64,000 nucleotides of DNA. Source: Candidatus Latescibacterota bacterium (GTDB lineage: Bacteria; Latescibacterota; UBA2968; GCA-2709665). Positions within the stretch are counted from its first letter, which is position 1. The number at the start of each line of letters is the position of its first letter. Below are positions 20,148-30,724 of the stretch, one piece after another. The stretch spans positions 3,680,001 to 3,744,000 of the forward strand of contig OZ244937.1 in NCBI GenBank assembly GCA_965222075.1, written 5' to 3'. The translations under genes were made by a program, and so were the position numbers. The notes under the pieces were generated by a model. The model searched no databases and was not told where the DNA came from. It saw only the letters and a list, made by a program, of their open reading frames with translations.

Positions 20148-20885
20148 TTATGTTGCGACCACGCGTCTTGGGAAGATGGTGATTTCTTCGACGACCGCGC
20201 GGTTGGGCAGCTGGGCCACCATGAGGGCTGCGGCGGCAACGTCTTCGGCGTGCAGGGCGGCTGCGCGCTGTTGCGGAGAAACAGGGACCGGCCGGACGTC
20301 CAGGATGGGGGTATCCACCTCTCCGGGGTAGATGCAGCAGGCCCGGATGCCCGTCTCACGGAGTTCGGCGTTGATGGACTGGGTCAGGGAGGCCATTCCG
20401 AACTTGGAGGCGCTGTAGGCGGCGCCTCCGACCACGCCCGCCCGTTTCCCAGCCATAGAAGAGATGTTGATGACGACCCCACCCCCCTGCTCTTCCATCT
20501 GGGGGAGGACTGCCCGGAAGGCGTTGAAGGCCCCGGTGAGGTTGACCTGGATCACCCGGTCCCAGTCACCATCGGAGATATCCTTCAGGCCGCGTTTGGC
20601 GGTGTTGACGCCGGCGTTGTTGACCAGGATGTCGATTCGGCCGAACCGTTCTACGGTCCGGTCGGTTAGAGCCCGGACCGAGGGGCGGTCGGTTACGTCG
20701 GCGGGCAAGGCAAGGGGGTCAGATCCGATCCGGCGGATGCGGGCGGCGGTCTCTTCGAGGGCTTCCGCCCGCCGCCCGGCCAGGGCGATGTCTATGCCGG
20801 CCTGTGCAAATACAACGGCGATGGCCTGCCCAATACCGCTGCCCGCGCCGGTGACGATGGCCGTTCTTGTTTCTGGGGCTTTCAT
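20148..20885 (-). CDS. Short-chain dehydrogenase/reductase
   Basis: TGAGSGIG, NNAG, S...YSASK catalytic motif. Confidence 0.92.
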   Translation of the reverse strand: MKAPETRTAIVTGAGSGIGQAIAVVFAQAGIDIALAGRRAEALEETAARIRRIGSDPLALPADVTDRPSVRALTDRTVERFGRIDILVNNAGVNTAKRGLKDISDGDWDRVIQVNLTGAFNAFRAVLPQMEEQGGGVVINISSMAGKRAGVVGGAAYSASKFGMASLTQSINAELRETGIRACCIYPGEVDTPILDVRPVPVSPQQRAAALHAEDVAAAALMVAQLPNRAVVEEITIFPRRVVAT

Positions 20886-21241
20886 GATTTATCGACCTCC
20901 TGGACTGGAAAATTTACAAAAACGCCACGGAATGAAGGCGAGTAATTCGAGCCTGACACGGAAGGGAAGGGTGATGCTGGAATCGCAGCGTGGGGAATTT
21001 CGATGATCAGAACAAACTCGAATGTAAAAAATCTTCAGGAGGGCGTCAAGAGGGAAAGGGGGTAGGGATGCAGGCGTGCGACGTGTGGACCGGGTTCAAA
21101 GGAACGTGACATCCTGTTTCAGATTGTGTATATTTATGTCTGATCGAGATATAGACCTTATGGTTTTCAAACCCTGTCCTCCGCGTCTCCGCGGTGGTTA
21201 CTACCCTGTTTTGTTCCACTGGAAGGTGAGGGTTGTGCGGT

Positions 21242-22468
21242 ATGGATATGATTGAGATGGACGAGGCGACCCGGATCGTCCTGGCGCACACAGAGCCTGT
21301 GGATGTGGTTGCGCTGGATCTGATGGACGCGCTGGGCCGGACGCTGGCCGAAGACGTGCGGTCCGATATCGACATGCCGCCCTTTGACAAGGCGATGATG
21401 GACGGGTACGCGGTGGTCGGGGCCGATGTGCGGAACGCTTCCAGAGAGCGTCCTGCGACCTTAGAGGTGGTAGAGGAGATTCCGGCCGGGACCGTGCCCC
21501 GGGTGCTGATTTCGGCGGGGAAGGCGGCCCGGATTATGACGGGCGCGCCGATTCCGGAGGGGGCGGATACGGTGGTGATGGTGGAGGATACGGTGGACGA
21601 GGCGGGCGGGACGCAGGTGAAGGTCCTGGATGTCACGGAGACGGGGGAGCATATTGCGCTGCTGGGGGAAGACGTGCGGCGCGATCAGGTTGTGCTTGAG
21701 GCGGGCGCGTTGATCCGGCCGGCGGAGATCGGCATTCTTGCGGCGGTAGGCACGGTGCGGCCGGTGGTCTACCGGCAGCCGGTGGTGGGGGTGGTGGCCA
21801 CGGGGAGTGAGATTGTGGAGCCGGAAAAAGCGCCGGCGCCCGGGCAGATCCGGAACAGCAACGGGTACTCGATGGGGGCGCAGGTTGTGCGGGCGGGGGC
21901 CTGGGCGCGGTATCTGGGGATTGTGGAAGATGACGAGGCGGAGTTGAAACGGGTGATCGGGCAGGGGCTGGAGGAATGCGATATTCTGATGCTGTCGGGG
22001 GGCGTTTCCGCAGGGGTGTACGACCTGGTCCAGAAAACGATGCGAGAGATGGGAGTCGAGGTGTTTTTCGACCGGATACGGATGAAGCCGGGCAAGCCGC
22101 TGACGTTTGGGGCCAAAGGGAAAAAGCTGGTTTTCGGGCTGCCGGGCAATCCGGTGTCTTCGGTGGTGGGGCTGGAACTGCTGGTTAGGCCGGCGGTTCG
22201 CAAGATGCAGCAGATGGGCGACCCGCACCGCCCGGTGGTAAAGGGACGGCTCGTGGACGGCTTCCGCCAGACACCGGGGCGCAAGCAGTTTGTTCCGGCC
22301 TGGAGCGAGCAGCGCGACGGCCTCTGGCAGAGCCGCTGGGTGGGCCACCACGGGTCGGCGGATCTGTTTTCGCTTTCCCAGGCGAACAGCCTGTTTGTGG
22401 TGGAGGCGGAGGTGGAGGCGCTGGAGGCGGGGGCGGAAGTTGAGATTGTTCTTTTGACGGAATGGTAA
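21242..22468 (+). CDS. moeA: Molybdopterin molybdenumtransferase
   Basis: PPFDKAMMDGYA, IMTGAPIP, SGGVSAG, MKPGKP, GLPGNP. Confidence 0.95.
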   Translation: MDMIEMDEATRIVLAHTEPVDVVALDLMDALGRTLAEDVRSDIDMPPFDKAMMDGYAVVGADVRNASRERPATLEVVEEIPAGTVPRVLISAGKAARIMTGAPIPEGADTVVMVEDTVDEAGGTQVKVLDVTETGEHIALLGEDVRRDQVVLEAGALIRPAEIGILAAVGTVRPVVYRQPVVGVVATGSEIVEPEKAPAPGQIRNSNGYSMGAQVVRAGAWARYLGIVEDDEAELKRVIGQGLEECDILMLSGGVSAGVYDLVQKTMREMGVEVFFDRIRMKPGKPLTFGAKGKKLVFGLPGNPVSSVVGLELLVRPAVRKMQQMGDPHRPVVKGRLVDGFRQTPGRKQFVPAWSEQRDGLWQSRWVGHHGSADLFSLSQANSLFVVEAEVEALEAGAEVEIVLLTEW

Positions 22469-22488
22469 GAGATAGGGTTTGACGATCT

Positions 22489-22947
22489 ATGTCAAAATTG
22501 ACCCATGTTGCCGAGGATGGGGCGGTTCGGATGGTGGATGTGACGGAGAAGGGGGTGACGGATCGGGAGGCGGTTGCGGGCGGGGAGATTTTGATGGACG
22601 CCCGGACCGTGCAGCTGGTCAGCCGGGGCGGCCTTCCTAAGGGAAATGTGCTGGAGACGGCGCGGATTGCCGGGATTATGGCGGCCAAGCGCACGGCCGA
22701 GTGGATTCCCCTGTGCCATCCGCTCTCGATTACAGGGATTGACCTCAGGTTTGAGGTGGGGCGGAAGCGAATTGAAGCGACGGCCCGGGTGCGGGTACCG
22801 GGCCGGACCGGAGTTGAGATGGAGGCGCTGACGGCTGTAAGCGCGGCCCTGCTTACGGTTTACGATATGTGCAAGGCTGTGGACAAAAGCATGGTCATTG
22901 GCAACATCCGACTTTTGAAAAAGCGGGGCGGCCGCAGCGATAGCTGA
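22489..22947 (+). CDS. moaC: Cyclic pyranopterin monophosphate synthase
   Basis: LTH...MVDV, AAKRT, IPLCHP, TGVEMEAL, YDMCKAVD. Confidence 0.95.
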   Translation: MSKLTHVAEDGAVRMVDVTEKGVTDREAVAGGEILMDARTVQLVSRGGLPKGNVLETARIAGIMAAKRTAEWIPLCHPLSITGIDLRFEVGRKRIEATARVRVPGRTGVEMEALTAVSAALLTVYDMCKAVDKSMVIGNIRLLKKRGGRSDS

Positions 22948-23030
22948 AAAGGGTGGCGCGCCTGACAGAGAAGGCGGAGTTAAAAGGCGCTTCAGGCGCG
23001 AAAGGAGTCTTAGGGCGTCTGACAAAGCGC

Positions 23031-23059
23031 TTGACAAAGGGCGGGTTGTTCCTTAAGTT
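23031..23059 (+). promoter_or_regulatory. Sigma70-type promoter of tRNA-Lys
   Basis: TTGACA-17 bp-TAAGTT, 35 nt before the tRNA. Confidence 0.7.
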
Positions 23060-23094
23060 TTTCTCCCGTTTAAGGATTCCTGGCGTTTTCTGAT

Positions 23095-23167
<73 letters not shown>

Positions 23168-23249
23168 CTATATAGCTCTATAAAAAACCGGACCAGTTCC
23201 AGGGTGCCTGGCCCGATATCCTCCCCAACGATACGCCCCTCCCAAGAAG

Positions 23250-25478
23250 ATGGACCACGAACGACACCTTAGCCTATTCGGAGCCACTGCGCTCGGGGTC
23301 GGTGCGATCGTGGGCGGCGGCATCCTTGCACTGGCCGGCATCGCCTTTGCGACGACCGGGCCGAGTGCAATTGTTGCCTTCGGCCTGAACGGCGCCATCG
23401 CGTTCATCACTGCCGCGAGTTTTGCCCAACAGGTCCGACGCTTCCCCGAGTCGGGCGGGCTGTACATCTACGCCAAAAAAGTGCTTTCGATCGAGGTCGC
23501 CTTCCTGATGGGGTGGGTCGTGTGGTTTGCCTCGATCCTGGCGGGCGTCCTGTATGCGCTGGGCTTCGCGGCCTTCGCGCTCGAGGGTCTCGGCCGTGCT
23601 CTCCAGATCCTGGGAAGGTCCGCCGATTGGGTGCAGGGATCCGCTCTGGCGCTCGGAATGGCTGTGGCGGCGACGGCTCTCTACACGACCGGGCTCATGC
23701 GAACTCCCGGGGGCCGAGGCAATGCGGCGACGATCGGAAAGGTGATCGTGTTCGCGATCCTGTTGGGAGGGGGCGCATGGGCATGGGCAGGCGACTCGCC
23801 CCTCGTGCTCCTGGACCGCCTTCGTCCCTTCCTTTCCGCCGGTCCCATAGGCCTGATCCAGGCCATGGGCTACACGTTCATCGCCCTCCAGGGCTTCGAT
23901 CTGATAGCTTCGGTGGCTGGCGAGGTTCGTGATCCAACCCGGACCGTGCCACGTGCCATGTATCTGTCCCTTGGCCTGGCGCTTGTGATCTACCTGCCGC
24001 TCCTCTTTCTACTGGCCACCGTCGGCGCCCCCGAGACGGGCGGGATCGGTCCCGCGGCCGCATCAAATCCCGAGGGCCTCGTGGCTGAGGCTGCGGAGCG
24101 GTTTCTTGGAGCCAGCGGCTATTGGCTGGTCATAGGCGCGGGAGTGCTCAGCATGCTGTCGGCGCTGCGCGCGAATCTGCTTGCAGCCTCGCGGGTTGCC
24201 TTCGCGATGGCCCGGGACCGCACCCTGCCTGGTAGACTTGGGCGGATTCGCACTCCCTCCGGGACACCCGCCGCCGCGGTCGCCGTCACCGGGGCGCTGC
24301 TGGCAGCGATCTCCCTGGCGGTTGGTAATGTCGCCGTTGCCGGGGCCGCTTCCAGCCTCATCTTTCTCATCAGCTTCGCAATGGTTCACTGGACGTCGAT
24401 CCTGGCCGCACGTCGGTCCGGTCAGCTCCGGTCTTCCTGGATCCCTCTCGTCGGGGCGGCACTTTGCCTGAGCATGGCCGTCTTTCAGGCTCTCGTGGTG
24501 CCCTCCGCGGGAAGTGTCGTCCTTTATCTTCTGGTTGTTGGCGCGGCCCTTTATCTGACCCTGTTCGCTTCGGGCGCGCGGCTCGCCGACGTCAGGGCGG
24601 AAGCACGGGACCCGGATCTCGCGCGTTTGCGCGGCCGGAGCCCTTTGGTCCTGGTTCCGATTGCCAACCCGGCCAGCGCGGCCAGCCTCGTCGATGTCGC
24701 GGGTACACTGCGGACGCCCGGCACCGGCCGCGTCCTGCTGCTTTCCATCGTCCGTCCCACGGACGAGAAGCTCAATGTAGACCATCCCGCACTCCGAGAC
24801 GCAGAGGCGGTGCTGGCGGAGTCTCTGCAACACAGCCTCAGGAGCTCACTGGTCGCGGAAACGCTCTTTACGATCGCCCCGGACATATGGGCGGAGATCT
24901 CCAGAGTTGCCGGGCTCCACAACTGCGAGACGGTGCTGCTGGGACTTCCGAACCTGACGGGACCCGGGATCGGAGCAAAGTTGGAGGTTTTGATCGCGGG
25001 ACTGGAGGCCGATGTGGTCGTTCTGCGAGCCCCTCGCAGGTGGCGAATGGATAGCGCACGCCGCGTGCTGGTTCCGGTGGCCGGGCATGCTCATCACAGC
25101 CGGTTGCGAGCTCGGTTGATCGCAAGCCTCTCTCGATCCGGGCAGCGATCTTTGACCTTCCTCGGGATTGTTCGCGGAGGCGCGCCTCCCGAAAAGCGGA
25201 TGCGTTTCGAGCGCGATCTCAGGGTGCTCGTCGCTGATGAGGCGATGGGCGAGTGTGAGGTCGTGATCGACGAGGCCAGCCGACCCATTGACGGAATCAT
25301 CCGCCACGCGGCAGATGCGGATCTGATCATCCTGGGTATGCATCGACCCGATCGCGCCGCACGGGCGCTCGGTGGGCTACTCCTTGATCTATCTCAACAG
25401 ACGAACGTTCCCATTGTGGTCATCGGGGGGCGCTCGCGCCGGGGATCTGGCCTCGGGCCGTGGAGGCTGACCGGGTGA
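23250..25478 (+). CDS. APC-family amino acid permease fused to universal-stress-like domains
   Basis: GAIVGGGI, FPESGGLY, GFDLIASVAGE, SRVAFAMARD; C-terminal VLVPIANP and VLVPVAG USP-like domains. Confidence 0.85.
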   Translation: MDHERHLSLFGATALGVGAIVGGGILALAGIAFATTGPSAIVAFGLNGAIAFITAASFAQQVRRFPESGGLYIYAKKVLSIEVAFLMGWVVWFASILAGVLYALGFAAFALEGLGRALQILGRSADWVQGSALALGMAVAATALYTTGLMRTPGGRGNAATIGKVIVFAILLGGGAWAWAGDSPLVLLDRLRPFLSAGPIGLIQAMGYTFIALQGFDLIASVAGEVRDPTRTVPRAMYLSLGLALVIYLPLLFLLATVGAPETGGIGPAAASNPEGLVAEAAERFLGASGYWLVIGAGVLSMLSALRANLLAASRVAFAMARDRTLPGRLGRIRTPSGTPAAAVAVTGALLAAISLAVGNVAVAGAASSLIFLISFAMVHWTSILAARRSGQLRSSWIPLVGAALCLSMAVFQALVVPSAGSVVLYLLVVGAALYLTLFASGARLADVRAEARDPDLARLRGRSPLVLVPIANPASAASLVDVAGTLRTPGTGRVLLLSIVRPTDEKLNVDHPALRDAEAVLAESLQHSLRSSLVAETLFTIAPDIWAEISRVAGLHNCETVLLGLPNLTGPGIGAKLEVLIAGLEADVVVLRAPRRWRMDSARRVLVPVAGHAHHSRLRARLIASLSRSGQRSLTFLGIVRGGAPPEKRMRFERDLRVLVADEAMGECEVVIDEASRPIDGIIRHAADADLIILGMHRPDRAARALGGLLLDLSQQTNVPIVVIGGRSRRGSGLGPWRLTG

Positions 25479-25616
25479 TCGGTTTACCTGCGCGACCGGG
25501 CCCCGAGCGGATTCTCCAGTATGTAAAACGAAATCCGGCGCTCCCCCGAGAGCTACCGATAGGGCTATCCACAGCCCCCGGGGATTGCCCCCTCGGGGGC
25601 TTGTCGTATCCGGACA

Positions 25617-25708
25617 AAGCCATCCGACTCCCTCTCGCCGACTTCCAGACCGGCATCAACCTCGTCGCCGCCGGAGACCGTTCGATCAAAGTCACGCTCA
25701 CGCCATAG
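25617..25708 (+). pseudogene. C-terminal relic of a Zn-dependent (MDR) dehydrogenase
   Basis: KAIRLPLADFQTGINLVAAGDRSIKVTLTP* resembles the MDR C-terminus; no N-terminal part upstream. Confidence 0.45.
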
Positions 25709-25721
25709 AAAGGACAGCGGC

Positions 25722-27794
25722 ATGGCCTATCGCCAAAAAATCACCATCAACCACACCAGCGTCTCCAACCGGGACCTGACCGACTTCCCCCTCCTCATCG
25801 CCCTGGAGGACGCCGCGCTGAGGGCGGCGTCTCAGGGCGGCCACGTCGTCCGAGAGGACGACATCTACTTTGTCGCTTCGGATGGCGCCCGCCTGGACCA
25901 CGAAATCAAGCGCTATGACCCTTCCACCGGATGCCTGAAAGCCTGGGTCAGAATACCGACCCTCTCGCATACTGCCGACACCGAAATCTACCTCTGTTAC
26001 GGCCAGGAGAACGCCGCGTCTCAAAGCCCCGGAGCGGTCTGGGACGCGCACAACAAACTGGTCCGTCACCCGAACACAGCGCCGGGAGGTCACGAGGCCG
26101 TTCCCCACAGCGATGACCTGAACATCGCCGGCGCCATCACGGTCGAAGCCTGGTTCCACAGCGACGAATCCAAATCCGACGCCTTTCAGACCCTCGTCTC
26201 CAAGTGGTCCCTCCGGTCCACCATGGACGCCTTCGAGTCCTGCGATGCCGGAAACACGGACGGTTTGAACACCAGGGGATACTTCGGCGCCGTCTGCGAC
26301 GGGCGCTACGTCTACTTCTCCCCCCAGTTCAACGGCGACGAACGTCACGGAGAGGCCCTGAGGTACGACACCCACGGAGACTTCAACAAAAGCGAAAGCT
26401 GGGAGGCCTACAGCGCTGGAAACACCTCCGGATTGAAGACAAAAGGGTATTACGGCGTCGTTCACGCCGGGCGCTATATCTACTACATCCCCCGCAGCGA
26501 CGGGGAAACCCTCCACAGCAGGATGCTGCGCTACGACACCCGGGGCGACTTCAAAGACCCGGAGCGTTGGTCCGCGTTCGACATCGGCAACCCCGTCTCC
26601 TATCAAAGCGCCGTCTACGACGGGCGCTACATCTACCTGGTCCCGGGCTCTGAAGAGGAGGGAGGGGAAAGCGGCAAAGCCGCAAGATACGACACGCAGG
26701 GAGAATTCACAACCCCCTCAAACTACCTCACTTACGACGCCGCAAACACCGCCGGCCTGGACTGTGGAAGCTATGACGGCGCCTGTTTTGACGGACGCTA
26801 CGTCTACTATGCCCCCCTCAACGACAGGGGCATTGTCCTCAGGCACGACACCGGGGGCGACTTCACCGCCCCGGAAAGCTGGACCGCCATAGACGTCAGC
26901 GCACGCGGAATGCACATGTGTGTCGGCGCCATCTTCGACGGGCGCTACATCTACTATGTCCCCTATGCCCACAGCATAGCCCTCAGATACGACACCCATA
27001 AGGACTTCGAAGACCCGGGCAGCTGGGAGGCCTACAACGCCGGAAACACCGCCGGCCTGAACACAAAGGGCTACGACGGCGCCGCCTTCGACGGGCGCTA
27101 CATCTACTACATCCCATTCTACGAAGGAAGCGAACCCAAGAGTGGGTTCCACTGCCGCGTGCTGCGCTACGACACCCAAAAAGCCTTCCAGCACCCCTCG
27201 GCCTGGGATGCGGCCGATGGGGGAGCGTTTACCGATCCCCCCAATCCGGGCGGCTTCAACGGCGGCGCCTTCGACGGGCGCTACGTCTACTTTGCCCCCT
27301 GGCGCGAAGACCCCGACGAAACCGACACCCGCGACTACACGCCCCACGGCAAAGTGCTCCGCTACGACACGGCGGATCCGGACGCCTCCTTCATCCTCAA
27401 ATACGCCGAATGCGGCCACAACGGCGGCCTCTGCGCCTCCCTGCCGGGCCCAACCTTCTCGGTCAACACCGCCGGCGGGATCTTAAACGTCCGGGCGAAC
27501 CAGACCCTCGATCCGGGCTGGCACCACCTTGCAGGCGTCTACGACGGCGCCCGTCTTACCCTCTATGTGGACGGCAGTTCCGTCAACCAGGCGGAGGGCA
27601 CGGGCTCCGTCCAGACCGGTAAGGCCGACATCGCCATCGGCTGCACTTCGGGCGGAGGCGCCCAATTCAAAGGCAGCATCTCCCACGTCCGGATCTCGGA
27701 CACGGCCAGGGACGCAGACTGGATCCAGACCACTGCCCAGAACCTGAAGAACCCACTCGGATTCGTCCGCGTGGGCCCGGAAGAACAGACATAA
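25722..27794 (+). CDS. DUF2341/LamG protein with an inserted 7-repeat (F)DGRY beta-propeller
   Basis: N-terminal LTDFPLLI...AWVRIP...IYLCYG (DUF2341); ITVEAW and WHHLAGVYDG...LYVDG (LamG halves); seven xGRY[IV]Y...R[YH]DT repeats. Confidence 0.7.
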   Translation: MAYRQKITINHTSVSNRDLTDFPLLIALEDAALRAASQGGHVVREDDIYFVASDGARLDHEIKRYDPSTGCLKAWVRIPTLSHTADTEIYLCYGQENAASQSPGAVWDAHNKLVRHPNTAPGGHEAVPHSDDLNIAGAITVEAWFHSDESKSDAFQTLVSKWSLRSTMDAFESCDAGNTDGLNTRGYFGAVCDGRYVYFSPQFNGDERHGEALRYDTHGDFNKSESWEAYSAGNTSGLKTKGYYGVVHAGRYIYYIPRSDGETLHSRMLRYDTRGDFKDPERWSAFDIGNPVSYQSAVYDGRYIYLVPGSEEEGGESGKAARYDTQGEFTTPSNYLTYDAANTAGLDCGSYDGACFDGRYVYYAPLNDRGIVLRHDTGGDFTAPESWTAIDVSARGMHMCVGAIFDGRYIYYVPYAHSIALRYDTHKDFEDPGSWEAYNAGNTAGLNTKGYDGAAFDGRYIYYIPFYEGSEPKSGFHCRVLRYDTQKAFQHPSAWDAADGGAFTDPPNPGGFNGGAFDGRYVYFAPWREDPDETDTRDYTPHGKVLRYDTADPDASFILKYAECGHNGGLCASLPGPTFSVNTAGGILNVRANQTLDPGWHHLAGVYDGARLTLYVDGSSVNQAEGTGSVQTGKADIAIGCTSGGGAQFKGSISHVRISDTARDADWIQTTAQNLKNPLGFVRVGPEEQT

Positions 27795-27870
27795 GTGCGG
27801 AGTGGCAACGCGTGAGATGACTCGGTAGACTGTCCGGCCTCAACGGTAGAGGTATGGGAGCCACGAACCG

Positions 27871-28692
27871 ATGAAGATCAGTCTTATTATCCCCTGTTAC
27901 AACGAGGAAGCATCGATCCAGCCTTTGATCACACAGGTGAGGGAGGCGCTGCGTGCGTTTGAATACGAGGTCGTGCTGGTGGACGATGGCAGCACCGACC
28001 TCACGGCAGAGCGCATCTGCGCCCATGCAGCAGAGCATCCGCACATTCGCCCGGTCTACTTGTGTCGAAACTATGGCCAAACAGCAGCCATGAGTGCGGG
28101 GTTTGACGCGGCCACGGGCGACATTCTTGTACCAATGGATGCCGACCTGCAGCACGACCCTGGCGATATTCCCATCCTGTTGGCGAAATTGGAAGAAGGC
28201 TACGAAGTGGTCAGTGGTTGGCGGAAAGACCGCCACGACCACTGGTCCCGCGTATGGCCATCACGCATTGCGAACGCGCTGGTAAGCTGGATGTCCGGCG
28301 TTCGTTTACACGACTACGGCTGCACGCTTAAGGCCTACCGCCGGGAAGTCCTGGAGTCTGTGCGGCTATACGGCGAAATGCATCGCTTCATTCCGATTTA
28401 TGCACACTGGAATGGCGCCCGGATCACGGAAGTGGAGGTTCACCATCACCCTCGAGCGTATGGCAAATCGAAGTACGGGTTCGGTCGCATTCCAAAGGTC
28501 CTGCTCGACCTGATCGTCATCAAACTGCTGGGCAGTTATTCGACCAAGCCAATCCATCTGTTCGGCCAACTCGGTGGGCTGCTGATGCTGTTGGGCAGTA
28601 TCTGCATTATGGCAACGGCCTATTTCCGGTTCTTTAAACAGATCTACGTTAAGGATCAGCCGTTGTTCCTGGTTGGAATATTTATGTGGTAA
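27871..28692 (+). pseudogene. GT2 (ArnC/DPM-like) glycosyltransferase, C-terminally truncated
   Basis: IIPCYNE, VDDGSTD, RNYGQTAA, MDADLQHDP, YGEMHRFIP; stops within the second TM segment. Confidence 0.75.
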
Positions 28693-29173
28693 CGCCCAAC
28701 TTTACGAATACTTTCGAACCTATTTGATGGACGAGGTGATGGTTAAGGTGGACCGTGCGTCGATGGCCGTTTCACTGGAAGCGCGTTCGCCTTTCTTGGA
28801 TTACCGCGTCATTGAACTGGCGTTTTCACTGCCTTATGCGTGGAAGTTTCACAGGGGCAGAAGCAAGCGCATCCTAAAAGACATCATGAGGGGCCGTTTG
28901 CCCGATGCCGTCATTGATCGTAAAAAGAAGGGCTTTGGCATGCCGATCGCCCGGTGGCTTCGAGTCGATTTGCTCGATTGGACACGCGAACTGTTGCGGT
29001 ATTTGGAAACGATCGGCATTTTAACCTCAGAGGCGCTGGCGCTGCACAACCGGCATCTGTCCGGCAGAGAAGATTTGCGCAAACCGCTTTGGAATCTGGT
29101 TGCATTGGCCCACTTCCTGCAGTCTGTTCAGTCAACCTCGAACCGGACCTCCCACGCCCCATCCAAATGTTAA
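28688..29173 (+). pseudogene. C-terminal fragment of an AsnB-like asparagine synthase/amidotransferase
   Basis: [38 protein letters not shown]; N-terminal Ntn domain absent. Confidence 0.8.
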
Positions 29174-29209
29174 AGCCCCACTAAATCTATTTCTAAAGGG
29201 CCGACGCTC

Positions 29210-30691
29210 ATGGCCGAAGCGCCTGAACACCCCAACCTCGTCTTCATCCTTCCCGACCGGCAGCGGCGCGACACCCTGGCCTGCTATGGCAACGACTGGA
29301 TCCAGGTGCCGCACCTGAACGGGCTTGCGGAGGAGAGCTTCATCTTCGACCACTGCTATGTGACCCAGGCGGTCTGCTGCCCCTCCCGGTCCTCGATCAT
29401 GTGCGGGTTGTATCCGATCGACGCCGGCATGCCGGTCAACCGCCACATCCTGCCGACCGGGGTGCGCACGATCGCCGAGATGCTCTCCGGCGATTACCAC
29501 ACCGGCTACATCGGCAAGTGGCATCTCGGCGACGAGATCCTCGCCCAGCACGGCTTCAACGAGTGGATCGCCTCCTGCGACCAATGGTGGGCGGAGTACA
29601 CCACCAAGGCGCTTTGCAGCCAGTTTTCCCCCTACCACCACTGGCTCGTCGAGAACGGCTTCGAGCCGGACGCGGGGCACCCTGGAGGGAAGACGTTCTC
29701 CGCGGGCTTCAGGGCCAACCTGCCGATCGAGTACCAGATGGCCACCTATCTCGGCGAGCAGGCGGCCGGGTTCATTGAGCGCAACATGCAGCGGCCGTTC
29801 GTCCTCTACGTCAGCTCGGTCGAGCCGCATCCGCCCTTCACAGGGCCCCACAACTCCCTCTACGACCCCGACACGCTCCCGGTCGACGAGACCTTCCGCA
29901 CCTACCCGGAGGGGCACTCGCTGTTCAACCGGATCCGTGCCGAGTTCTGGATGCAGGCGGTACACGACGGCGGCTTCGACCTGACAACCGAGATGGGCTG
30001 GCGGCGAATGCGCGCCAACTACTACGGCTGCGTGTCGATCGTTGACGGGATGGTGGGGCGCATTCTGGGCGCCCTCGACGATGCGGGACTCCGCGACAAC
30101 ACGGTCGTCGTGTTCACCAGCGACCACGGCGAAATGGTCGGCACCCACGCCCAGGTGGAGATGCGCACGCCCTACGAAGCGTCGTCCCGGGTGCCGCTGC
30201 TGGTGCGGGTGCCGTGGCTGACCGGGAGCCAGCGGCGCGTGGGCGGCAACTTCAGCCAGATTGACTTCGTGCCCACCCTGCTCGACCTGCTCAACCAGCC
30301 CGTGCCCGGACACCTGCCGGGTGAGAGTCGCACGGATGTGCTGCGAGGGCGGGCCAACCTGAGCGACAACGACGTCGTCATCCAGCACAACGGGGTCGGA
30401 GACCGTGACCTGACGTCGGCCGCGAGTTCGCACACAATGGCGCCCGAGCGGGTACGCCAGTTGAACTGGCTGAAGACGGTACCCTGGCGCAGCGTAGTCA
30501 CCTCGGACCGCTGGAAGCTGACCCTGTGCGCCGCCGATCAGGGCGAGCTGTTCGACCTGAACACCGACCCGGCCGAGACGACAAATCTGTTCGACCGGCC
30601 CGGGCAACGCGACCGCGTGCGCTGGATGGCGGCGCGGCTGCGGCTGTGGCAGGAGACGGTTGGCGACACGGCACCGCTGCCGGGGGTGTAG
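29210..30691 (+). CDS. Sulfatase (Cys-type formylglycine)
   Basis: PNLVFILPD, CCPSR (CxPxR), GKWHLG, PHPP, FTSDHG, ELFDL..DP.E. Confidence 0.92.
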   Translation: MAEAPEHPNLVFILPDRQRRDTLACYGNDWIQVPHLNGLAEESFIFDHCYVTQAVCCPSRSSIMCGLYPIDAGMPVNRHILPTGVRTIAEMLSGDYHTGYIGKWHLGDEILAQHGFNEWIASCDQWWAEYTTKALCSQFSPYHHWLVENGFEPDAGHPGGKTFSAGFRANLPIEYQMATYLGEQAAGFIERNMQRPFVLYVSSVEPHPPFTGPHNSLYDPDTLPVDETFRTYPEGHSLFNRIRAEFWMQAVHDGGFDLTTEMGWRRMRANYYGCVSIVDGMVGRILGALDDAGLRDNTVVVFTSDHGEMVGTHAQVEMRTPYEASSRVPLLVRVPWLTGSQRRVGGNFSQIDFVPTLLDLLNQPVPGHLPGESRTDVLRGRANLSDNDVVIQHNGVGDRDLTSAASSHTMAPERVRQLNWLKTVPWRSVVTSDRWKLTLCAADQGELFDLNTDPAETTNLFDRPGQRDRVRWMAARLRLWQETVGDTAPLPGV

Positions 30692-30724
30692 GGGCGTCTG
30701 GTCCACCCGCTTCCCCTCCCGGTA

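Noticed and set aside
21000-21241. Moco riboswitch before moeA
   Set aside because: Only a vague GACCTTATGG resemblance; I could not build the multi-stem structure.
22950-23030. Glycine-riboswitch-like words / CGCGCCTGA…TCAGGCGCG hairpin
   Set aside because: Incomplete aptamer and no relevant downstream gene; probably just a hairpin after moaC.
26220-27370. Possible CRISPR-like periodic repeats (GACGGGCGCTAC…)
   Set aside because: They are in-frame coding repeats of the propeller protein; no cas genes.
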